Positions 1 to 6,812 of a stretch of DNA of 64,000 bases are shown one piece after another; the stretch's first letter is position 1; each line of letters begins with the position of its first letter. Under the pieces are notes generated by a model. That model was not told where the DNA came from, made no database searches, and saw only the letters and a list, made by a program, of their open reading frames with translations. The stretch lies in NCBI GenBank assembly GCA_905215475.1, contig CAJMPW010000001.1:111109-175108 (forward strand), written 5' to 3'. Made by a program: the position numbers and the translations under genes. The stretch comes from an uncultured bacterium. Its GTDB lineage: Bacteria > Bacillota > Clostridia > Oscillospirales > Oscillospiraceae.

Positions 1-534
1 TTCTACGCACCCGACGGGGTGTACGCCTTGGACGGCAAGGTGGTGCTGCCGCTGGCGGATCTGGAGAAGATCTTCGGCGTCACGGCCACGTTCAGCGCGG
101 ACAATACCAGCCTGCGCGTCGATGCGTCCGGGCAGCAGCTGCTCGAGAGCGGCGAGAGCTTCTACGGCACGCGTGACGTCTACTGGCTCAGCCACATCAT
201 CAATGCCGAGGCCGGCAACCAGCCCATGGACGGGCAGATCGCGGTCGGCAATGTCGTGCTCAACCGCGTGGCGGACGAGCGCTTCCCCAACAGCGTCAAG
301 GAGGTCGTGTTCGACCGGCGCAGCGGTGTGGCGCAGTTTTCGCCCACGGCGGACGGCAGCATCGGTCTCACGCCGGATGAGGATGCCGTGCTCGCGGCAA
401 AGCTTGCCTTTGAGGGGTATAACACGGTCGGTGAGAGTATGTACTTCATCAACCCCGCGGCCTGCAACTCCGCGTGGTTCAACCGCTGCCTGACCTATAC
501 GACTACGATCGGCGACCACGTCTTTTACGCATAA
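1..534 (+). CDS. SleB/CwlJ-family cell wall hydrolase (spore cortex-lytic enzyme-like), 5'-partial; the gene starts before the window
   Basis: Frame-1 translation from nt 1 reads ...TRDVYWLSHIINAEAGNQPMDGQIAVGNVVLNRV...GVAQFSP..., the conserved Hydrolase_2 (SleB C-terminal) signature. An intrinsic terminator follows at 555-588. Confidence 0.8.
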   Translation, partial: FYAPDGVYALDGKVVLPLADLEKIFGVTATFSADNTSLRVDASGQQLLESGESFYGTRDVYWLSHIINAEAGNQPMDGQIAVGNVVLNRVADERFPNSVKEVVFDRRSGVAQFSPTADGSIGLTPDEDAVLAAKLAFEGYNTVGESMYFINPAACNSAWFNRCLTYTTTIGDHVFYA

Positions 535-554
535 TAGCTGCACAGACAGCATTT

Positions 555-588
555 CCGCCCGCACGGAGACCCGTGCGGGCGGTTTTTA
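555..588 (+). terminator. Rho-independent terminator after the sleB-like gene
   Basis: Hairpin ccgcccgcacgg-agac-ccgtgcgggcgg followed by ttttta. Confidence 0.7.
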
Positions 589-766
589 TATGGCGCAAAA
601 ACAAGAGCCTTCCCCGCGCAACCGCGCGACAGCGAACGCTGAGAACGCGGGATAGCGCGGAGAACGCCCCTGCCAAAAACAGTATATCACACGAGCGGGG
701 AAAGTCAAGGCAGGGGAACATGCCATCTGCGGTTTCTGAAAGTGGGATATTTCCCCAGATTCATCA

Positions 767-795
767 TTGACATTCCGGACGCTGCAGGGTATGCT
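767..795 (+). promoter_or_regulatory. Sigma-A-like promoter (TTGACA-17-TATGCT) about 235 nt upstream of rsmG
   Basis: ttgaca at 767-772 and tatgct at 790-795 with a 17-nt spacer. Confidence 0.4.
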
Positions 796-912
796 GTTTT
801 CAGCGAAAGCGCTTGCGCGATGACGCATCTCGGGTGTGAGGCTGCGGGCCGCTTGCGGCATGTTCAGCACTTCGCCGGCGCTTTCGTGTTTTTTGCGCAT
901 CGTTATACCATT

Positions 913-945
913 CGCGCCCGGATCGTCGAGCCGGGCACTTTTTTG
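913..945 (+). terminator. Intrinsic-terminator-like hairpin inside the rsmG upstream leader (possible attenuator or sRNA 3' end)
   Basis: gcccgg-atcgtcgag-ccgggc followed by ac-tttttt. A second T6 tract preceded by the palindrome gcgccggcgc lies at about 866-895. Confidence 0.4.
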
Positions 946-989
946 CGGCGCTGCGTGCGCCCTGCCCGGGGCTGGACGTGCGCGCGGGA

Positions 990-1001
990 ATGTGGTAAGA
1001 T
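990..1001 (+). promoter_or_regulatory. Extended -10-like element (tgtggTAAGAT) about 30 nt upstream of the rsmG start
   Basis: tgtggtaagat ending at 1001; the GGAGG RBS at 1021-1025 precedes the ATG at 1031. Confidence 0.3.
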
Positions 1002-1030
1002 GGCGGCAACAGATACATTCGGAGGCGCAC

Positions 1031-1729
1031 ATGGAAAAACTGCTCCGCGCGGGCTTTGCCGCGCTGGGTCTGCCGCTCGACGAGACGGCGCTGACCCGCT
1101 TTGAGACATACTACGAGCTGCTTGACGAGCGCAGCAAGGTCATGAACCTGACGGCCATCCACGGCGAGACGGATGTGGCGCAGCTGCACTTTCTCGACTC
1201 GGCGGCGCTGCTGACGGTCGAGCCGCTCGCCGGAAAGGCGGTCATCGACGTCGGCACGGGCGCGGGCTTTCCCGGTCTGCCGCTGAAGATCGCGCAGCCG
1301 GACATTTCGCTCACGCTGCTCGACAGCTTGGATAAGCGCGTGCGCTTTCTCGGCGACGTCTGCGCCGCGACCGGGCTCACGGACGTGACGTGCCTGCACG
1401 CGCGCGCGGAAGAAGCGCCGGAGCTGCGCGGTCAGTTCGACGCGGCGGTCTCGCGCGCGGTCGCGCGGCTGTACCTGCTGTGCGAGCTGTGCCTGCCGTT
1501 TGTGCGCACGGGCGGCGTGTTTCTGGCCATGAAGGGGCCTGACTGTGCCGAGGAGCTCGACGAGGCGCGCAGCGCCATCCGGAAGCTCGGCGGCACATAT
1601 GAGCGCACGGTCACTTATACCGTGCCCGGCACGGATGTGACGCACAGTGTCGTCGTCATCCGCAAGACGGCAGACACGCCGCCGAAGTATCCCCGCCGCT
1701 GGGCGAAGATGCAAAAGGAGCATTTATAA
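1031..1729 (+). CDS. rsmG: 16S rRNA (guanine527-N7)-methyltransferase RsmG (GidB)
   Basis: MEKLLRAGFAALGL... with SAM-binding motif DVGTGAGFPGLPL. Start chosen at the ATG at 1031 with GGAGG 5 nt upstream. The longer track ORF (836) lacks an RBS and overlaps leader hairpins. Confidence 0.9.
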   Translation: MEKLLRAGFAALGLPLDETALTRFETYYELLDERSKVMNLTAIHGETDVAQLHFLDSAALLTVEPLAGKAVIDVGTGAGFPGLPLKIAQPDISLTLLDSLDKRVRFLGDVCAATGLTDVTCLHARAEEAPELRGQFDAAVSRAVARLYLLCELCLPFVRTGGVFLAMKGPDCAEELDEARSAIRKLGGTYERTVTYTVPGTDVTHSVVVIRKTADTPPKYPRRWAKMQKEHL

Positions 1730-1732
1730 GCT

Positions 1733-1763
1733 AAGCGCCCGACGCAGTTTGCGTCGGGCGCTT
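1733..1763 (+). terminator. Stem-loop immediately after the rsmG stop (13-bp stem), followed by an A6/T6 palindrome at 1769-1793
   Basis: aagcgcccgacgc-agttt-gcgtcgggcgctt, then gtcaaaaaagta-c-tacttttttgac. Confidence 0.5.
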
Positions 1764-1937
1764 AGACTGTCAAAAAAGTACTACTTTTTTGACAAATGGG
1801 CTGCAGTCTGCTGCGCACAAATTCCACACTTGCAGCCTGAACGGTATTTTCTCCGCCGCACATGTCGCCGGAGAAAATGATCGGACTTTCTTTGCGCCTG
1901 CGGGCGCAAACTCTACGAGGCCCTTTGGACAAGCTGA

Positions 1938-1976
1938 GGGGCGGACGCCATGCGGCGTCCGCCCCCTTGTTTTATT
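1938..1976. terminator. Strong GC hairpin plus T-tract (plus-strand polarity) between convergent rsmG and ltaE; the A-tract on the other side makes it usable in both directions
   Basis: ggggcggacgcc-atgc-ggcgtccgcccc followed by cttgttttatt; preceded by an A-rich run when read on the minus strand. Confidence 0.6.
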
Positions 1977-1999
1977 CAGCAAACCCTGCGGGCATCTGC

Positions 2000-3049
2000 T
2001 CAGCCCAACACTTCGTTCAGCACTGCAAGCAGCGCATCGACCTGTGCATCGGTCGTCGCCCACGAGGTCACAAAGCGCACGGCCTGGTGCGTTTCGTCCA
2101 CGCGGGTGTTCGTGTGAAACGCCACCCGCTCCTGCAGCCGCGCGATCTGATCGTCCGGCAGGATGGGGAAGATCTGGTTCGTCGGTGAGGGCACAAACAT
2201 CGGCACGCCGAGGTTCGAGAACGCGGCCGCGATGCGCTGCGCCTGCGTATTTGCGTGGCGGCCCATGTCGAGCCAGAGGTCCTGCTCCAGCGCGGCGGCA
2301 AACTGCACGCCGAGCAGACGGCCCTTTGCCAGCATCGCGCCGCCGCGCTTCATCGCGCGGCGAAAGCCCGGCTTGAGCGCGTCGTTGACGATGACCATCG
2401 CCTCACCGAAGAGCAGACCGTTTTTCGTGCCGCCGATGTAAAACGCATCACACAGCTGCGGCAGATCCTCGGGGCGCAGGTCGTTGCCCGCGGCCGTGAG
2501 CGCCTGCGCAAGGCGCGCGCCGTCAAGATACAGGCACAGCCCGTGCGCATCGCACGCTGCGCGCAGCGCGGTCAGCTCCGCCTTCGTGTACACCGTGCCG
2601 AGCTCCGTCGAGTCGGATATGTATGCCATGCGCGGCAGCACCATGTGCTCATCGTAGACGCAAGGCTCTGCGCAGTGCTGCGCGGCGGCGGCCGCAATGG
2701 CGGCGGGGGTGAGCTTGCCGTCTGCACCGGGCATGGCGATCACCTTGTGACCGGTGGCTTCGATCGCGCCGGTCTCGTGCACGTTGACGTGACCGGTGTC
2801 GGCTGCGACCATGGCCTCCCACGGGCGCAGGAACGTGGTCGCGGCGAGCAGGTTCGTCTGCGTGCCGCCGACGAGAAAATGCACGTCGGCATCCGGACAG
2901 GCAAAGCGGGCACGGATGGCATCGGCCGCGCGGCGGCAGTCATCGTCGAGCCCGTAGCCGGGGGTGGCGTTGAGATTCGTGTCGCACAGGGCGCGCAGCA
3001 CGTTCGGGTGCGCACCTTCGGAATAGTCATTCTGGAAGCGGAGCATGGT
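2000..3049 (-). CDS. ltaE: Low-specificity L-threonine aldolase (beta-eliminating lyase family, PLP-dependent)
   Basis: MLRFQNDYSEGAHPNVLRAL...GGTQTNL...YISDSTELGTVYT...FYIGGTKNG... Start at the internal ATG (3049) with RBS AGGAGAG. The sigma-A promoter TTGACA-17-TTATCA lies at 3102-3130 on the minus strand. Confidence 0.85.
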   Translation of the reverse strand, partial: TMLRFQNDYSEGAHPNVLRALCDTNLNATPGYGLDDDCRRAADAIRARFACPDADVHFLVGGTQTNLLAATTFLRPWEAMVAADTGHVNVHETGAIEATGHKVIAMPGADGKLTPAAIAAAAAQHCAEPCVYDEHMVLPRMAYISDSTELGTVYTKAELTALRAACDAHGLCLYLDGARLAQALTAAGNDLRPEDLPQLCDAFYIGGTKNGLLFGEAMVIVNDALKPGFRRAMKRGGAMLAKGRLLGVQFAAALEQDLWLDMGRHANTQAQRIAAAFSNLGVPMFVPSPTNQIFPILPDDQIARLQERVAFHTNTRVDETHQAVRFVTSWATTDAQVDALLAVLNEVLG

Positions 3050-3101
3050 GCTCTCCTTTCGTCTGTGTGGATTCGGCACGCAGCGCGTGCCGCCGCAGCT
3101 A

Positions 3102-3130
3102 TGATAAGCCCGGCAGCGAGAGATTGTCAA
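3102..3130 (-). promoter_or_regulatory. Sigma-A promoter for ltaE (TTGACA-17-TTATCA on the minus strand)
   Basis: rc of tgtcaa at 3125-3130 and rc of tgataa at 3102-3107 with a 17-nt spacer; gives a ~45-nt leader. Confidence 0.5.
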
Positions 3131-3164
3131 TGCATGGCACTACTTTTCCCGCCTCGAATGAAAT

Positions 3165-3219
3165 CCGGCTTTTTTCTTGCCTAAAGGCAAGAAAAAAGCC
3201 GGCAGCTTTCGCTGCCGGC
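3165..3219 (-). terminator. Composite hairpin region: minus-strand intrinsic terminator overlapping a perfect 17-bp A6/T6 palindrome
   Basis: Terminator gccggcagc-gaaa-gctgccggc + uuuuuu on the minus strand (3192-3219). Palindrome ccggcttttttcttgcc-taaa-ggcaagaaaaaagccgg at 3165-3202 shares 5 nt with it. Confidence 0.55.
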
Positions 3220-3462
3220 CAGCCCGCCAATGCCGTGTGAGCCCAGTTACAACCTGCACAAGAAGGCAGGTGGGTCGCCTCTCTGCTGTTTCCTTGCTTC
3301 CAACGTCCAACCGGCATCTTTCAGCCGGCCGGGAGGCCTGCAATCCGCAGCGGAAGTTCTGGCATCCCTTATGAGAGATGTGGGTTTAAATGGGCTCCGA
3401 GCACAAACCGTGCTCCACGCACACAGCAGGACTTATTCCCATACTATGCACAGCGCGGAAAG

Positions 3463-3759
3463 TTATTCCTCCGCGTCCGCCGCTTCGTCCTCGTCGGCGA
3501 AGACTTCCTGCATATAATAATTGTACACCTTGTCCAGCTCGTCATCGTCGTCGATCGAGCCGAAGAGCTCCTCACCGTTTTCTTCGATGATCTTGAGCAG
3601 GATGATGCCGAAATCGGGGTCGTCCTCGTCCATGTCGGCGGGGAGCGCCGCGAGATAACTCTGACCGTCGAGCTCAAACTCGTCGAGCACTTCCAGCTCG
3701 AACTCGTTGCCGTCCTCGTCCTCGATCGTCAGATAATCACTGCCGAATGCTTCACTCAT
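3463..3759 (-). CDS. DUF1292/UPF0473-family small acidic protein
   Basis: MSEAFGSDYLTIEDEDGNEFELEVLDEFELDGQSYLAALP...; GGAGG RBS 8 nt upstream of the ATG. Confidence 0.75.
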   Translation of the reverse strand: MSEAFGSDYLTIEDEDGNEFELEVLDEFELDGQSYLAALPADMDEDDPDFGIILLKIIEENGEELFGSIDDDDELDKVYNYYMQEVFADEDEAADAEE

Positions 3760-3831
3760 CGGGGTATCCTCCAGTCGTGATCTTTTTTCTGATTTCAGTG
3801 TACCCTATTCGGCGGCTAAAATCAAGTCTTT

Positions 3832-4149
3832 TTACGAGCCGAGATCCTCCAGCAGCAGCAAAAGCTGCTCCTGGCTGCCGACGGTGATGCCGCCGCGCAG
3901 CAGCTCGCGGTCGGCGCGGCGCAGTCCGGCGGTCTCGATGCCGGTCACCTGCAGGGGCTTGCGGTCGCCGCCGGAGGCAAATACGCTCACATATCCCTCA
4001 TAATCGCGCAGAACAAATTCCGCCTGCGCACCGTCATACGATGTGACCGGCGTGCCCGGCTGCTGCAGGGAAGAGATCGCCGCGCCCGCGACGAAGGGCG
4101 ACACGGCGCACAGCGCCGTCACGACCGTCAGTGCCAGCGTTCGTTTCAT
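3832..4149 (-). CDS. Small secreted protein of unknown function (signal peptide, about 105 aa)
   Basis: Start at the internal ATG (MKRTLALTVVTALCAVSPFVAGAA...) with AAAGGAG RBS. The upstream part of the track ORF lacks coding character. C-terminal ...GITVGSQEQLLLLLEDLGS. Confidence 0.6.
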   Translation of the reverse strand: MKRTLALTVVTALCAVSPFVAGAAISSLQQPGTPVTSYDGAQAEFVLRDYEGYVSVFASGGDRKPLQVTGIETAGLRRADRELLRGGITVGSQEQLLLLLEDLGS

Positions 4150-4245
4150 ATGCCACGCTCCTTTCACCGGAAAGTTTGCCCAATGTGCGCGCGATCCATA
4201 CGCGCCGGACAAAAACGCGCGAAGGACTATCCGGTGTTGACAGGG

Positions 4246-4256
4246 TGTGCTATAAT
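4246..4256 (+). promoter_or_regulatory. Extended -10 promoter (gTGcTATAAT) for the PBP1A gene
   Basis: tgctataat at 4248-4256. The ~95-nt leader contains the direct repeat CTTTGACC x2 at about 4283-4305. Confidence 0.4.
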
Positions 4257-4351
4257 ATCTTTTAACCGTTTTTATGCGCTGGACTTTGACCGGGTCTTTG
4301 ACCCGCTGTTTCACTCGCTTACATGTATTCTCAGGGAGGTGGCCATTGCCT

Positions 4352-6391
4352 ATGGCAAAACGACCGAAACCGGCATCCGCCCCACGCGCGGCACAGGCTG
4401 CGGACGCGACCGTCAGCGTCGCGGGCACGATCCTGCGCGTGATCGGCACGATCTTTTTGATCCTGCTCGTCACGGGGCTTTTGTTTTTGTGCATCTTCGC
4501 GTACTACGTGAAAAACTGCCTGTCCACGGATCTGGACGTGCAGCTCTCGGACTTCACGGTCTCGCTCTCAAGCTCGATCCTGTATGAGGACGCCGACGGC
4601 AACTGGCAGAACCTCACGAATCTCTCGAGCACGGAAAACCGTGTCTGGATCGACTACGACGAGATCCCGAAGGCCATGGAGCACGCTGCCGTCGCCATCG
4701 AGGACAAGCGCTTTTATAAGCACAAGGGCGTGGACTGGTACCGCACGACGGGCGCGTTTATCAATATGTTCCTGTCGATGAAAAACGACTTCGGCGGCTC
4801 GACCATCACGCAGCAGCTCATCAAAAACCTCACCAAGCAGGACGATATCACCGTGCAGCGCAAGCTGCTTGAGATCTTCCAGGCGCTCGAATTCGAGAAG
4901 TCCTATGATAAGAAGGAGATCATGGAGTGGTATCTCAACATCGTCTACTTCGGCGAGGGCTGCAACGGCGTCTACACCGCCGCCGAGACCTACTTCGGCA
5001 AAGAGCCGAAGGATCTCACGATCGCCGAGTGCGCGAGCATCATCGGCATCACGAACAACCCCTCGAAATACGACCCCTTCATCAGCCGCGAGAACAACAA
5101 GACCCGGCAGGAGACCATTCTCAAGCAGATGTACGAGCAGGGGTATATCTCAAAGCAGGAGTATGACGAGGCTGTGGCGCAGGAGCTCGTGTTCGTGCGC
5201 AGCGAATCCGACGAGCCCACCCAGACCATCTACAGCTACTATGCCGAGGCCGTCATCAACGACGTGCTCAACGACCTCGTCGAGCAAAAGGGCGTCAGCC
5301 GCGACACGGCGCGCACGCTGCTCTATTCCGGCGGCTATCAGGTCTATTCCTGCTACGATGCGAGCATCCAGCAGGCGATCGACAACATCTATACCGACCT
5401 CGAAAAGATGCCGCAGCGCCCGTCGGCCTCCGGCCAGCAGTTCGAGTCCGCCATCGTCATCATGGATCCCTATACCGGTGAGATCAAGGGCCTGTCCGGC
5501 GGCACGGGTGAAAAGACCATCAACTTCGGCACGAACCGCGCCACGCAGTCCAAGCGCCCGCCCGGATCGTCCCTCAAGCCGATCGCGACCTACGGTCCTG
5601 CGATGGAGCTCGGCCTCATCACGCAGTATACGCAGGTCGACGACGCGCCGGATATCAAGCTGACCGGCACGAGCTGGTATCCGAAAAACTCCGGCGGCGG
5701 CAACTACGGCGTCATCACCATCCGCGAGGCGCTGCAGCGCTCGCTCAACACCGTCTCGGCACAGATCCTCGACAAGCTCACGCCGCGCGCGTCGTATGAG
5801 TTCCTCAAGGACAAGCTCGGCGTCACGAGCCTTGCCGAGTCCGACTGCGACTATGCGCCGCTCTCCCTCGGCCAGCTCACCAACGGCATCACCGTGCGCG
5901 AGATGACGCAGGCGTTCTCCGCCTTCGTCAACGACGGCGTGTTCACCTACGGCCGCACGTATTCCTACGTCAAGGACGCCAACGGTGAGATCGTGCTCGA
6001 GAATCCCGCGCGCACGATCGTGGCCTTCAAGGCCAACACCGCGTGGAACATGGCCGATATGCTCTGCAACGCCGTCAACAGCGGCACGGGCTCTGAGGCG
6101 CGTCTGACCGGTATGCCCGTCGGCGGCAAGACCGGTACGACCACGAACAACTGCGATCGCTGGTTCGTCGGCTTCACGCCGTACTATGTGGCCGCCGTCT
6201 GGACCGGCTATGATATGCCGGAGTATATGAACTTCTCTGGCAACCCCGCCTCCCAGATCTGGAAGCTGGTCATGGATCCGATCCACAAGGATCTGGCGAC
6301 CAAGAGCTTCCCGACGCCGAACGTCGGCACACCGACCGGCATCTTCGGCGACTTCTCCAGGCAGGCGCAGGACGTGGACGACGTGGAATAA
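4352..6391 (+). CDS. Class A penicillin-binding protein (bifunctional glycosyltransferase/transpeptidase, PBP1A-type)
   Basis: GT51 motifs EDKRFYKHKGVD, GGSTITQQL, RKLLEIF...; TP motifs SLKP (SxxK), SLN, KTGT; N-terminal TM helix. Start at the ATG at 4352 with AGGGAGG RBS. Confidence 0.9.
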   Translation: MAKRPKPASAPRAAQAADATVSVAGTILRVIGTIFLILLVTGLLFLCIFAYYVKNCLSTDLDVQLSDFTVSLSSSILYEDADGNWQNLTNLSSTENRVWIDYDEIPKAMEHAAVAIEDKRFYKHKGVDWYRTTGAFINMFLSMKNDFGGSTITQQLIKNLTKQDDITVQRKLLEIFQALEFEKSYDKKEIMEWYLNIVYFGEGCNGVYTAAETYFGKEPKDLTIAECASIIGITNNPSKYDPFISRENNKTRQETILKQMYEQGYISKQEYDEAVAQELVFVRSESDEPTQTIYSYYAEAVINDVLNDLVEQKGVSRDTARTLLYSGGYQVYSCYDASIQQAIDNIYTDLEKMPQRPSASGQQFESAIVIMDPYTGEIKGLSGGTGEKTINFGTNRATQSKRPPGSSLKPIATYGPAMELGLITQYTQVDDAPDIKLTGTSWYPKNSGGGNYGVITIREALQRSLNTVSAQILDKLTPRASYEFLKDKLGVTSLAESDCDYAPLSLGQLTNGITVREMTQAFSAFVNDGVFTYGRTYSYVKDANGEIVLENPARTIVAFKANTAWNMADMLCNAVNSGTGSEARLTGMPVGGKTGTTTNNCDRWFVGFTPYYVAAVWTGYDMPEYMNFSGNPASQIWKLVMDPIHKDLATKSFPTPNVGTPTGIFGDFSRQAQDVDDVE

Positions 6392-6446
6392 ACGCACTAT
6401 GCCACACGCAGCCGGGTCGGGATCTCCTGGCCCGGTTTGCGCGGTG

Positions 6447-6475
6447 TTGACAAAACAATTGAAATGTGTTACAAT
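6447..6475 (+). promoter_or_regulatory. Near-consensus sigma-A promoter (TTGACA-17-TGtTACAAT) for the 96-aa gene / NlpC-P60 operon
   Basis: ttgaca at 6447-6452, tacaat at 6470-6475 preceded by tgt. Confidence 0.55.
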
Positions 6476-6506
6476 TTGAAAACAGTGGCTTCGGAGGTGT
6501 ATCTCA

Positions 6507-6797
6507 TTGGCAGCAAAAACGAACGAATTGTGTTATAAAGGCCATCCGCTGCGCCGCAAGGATAATCTGCTCTATTACGGCAGCATGGCTGACAAGTACA
6601 TCATTATGATGCAGATTCTCGACACGAAGAAGGTCAAAGATCTCGACGTGGCGACGCGGGTCTCCGTGCAGCTCCAGCTGACGGACCCGGATCTGAAATC
6701 CCGCGACCGCGTGGTCAAAAAGACAGAAAAGGACGGGCTGTACAACGCCATGGATGTGGCGGCTGTGTGGCTGGACCGCGCGCTTGCGAATAACTAA
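6507..6797 (+). CDS. Hypothetical 96-aa protein (TTG start)
   Basis: TTG at 6507 with GGAGG 8 nt upstream. ...ELCYKGHPLRRKDNLLYYGSMADKYIIMMQILDTKKVKDLDV... No recognisable domain. Ends 16 nt before the NlpC/P60 gene. Confidence 0.5.
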   Translation: MAAKTNELCYKGHPLRRKDNLLYYGSMADKYIIMMQILDTKKVKDLDVATRVSVQLQLTDPDLKSRDRVVKKTEKDGLYNAMDVAAVWLDRALANN

Positions 6798-6812
6798 GCA
6801 AAGGATGATTCT

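Noticed and set aside
742-1104. 120-aa plus-strand ORF in the rsmG leader
   Set aside because: It has an Arg/Cys-rich translation, no RBS, runs out of frame into rsmG and spans predicted terminator hairpins. It is better explained as non-coding leader.
3216-3462. SRP RNA, 6S RNA, tmRNA, RNase P RNA, or a glycine/lysine/T-box leader for ltaE
   Set aside because: The hallmark motifs (GGAAAGUCC for RNase P, tmRNA tag ORF/CCA end, SRP domain-IV GGAA context, T-box AGGGUGGNACCGCG, L-box AAAGGGGAG) are absent. The ltaE promoter lies downstream of the terminator, so this is not its leader.
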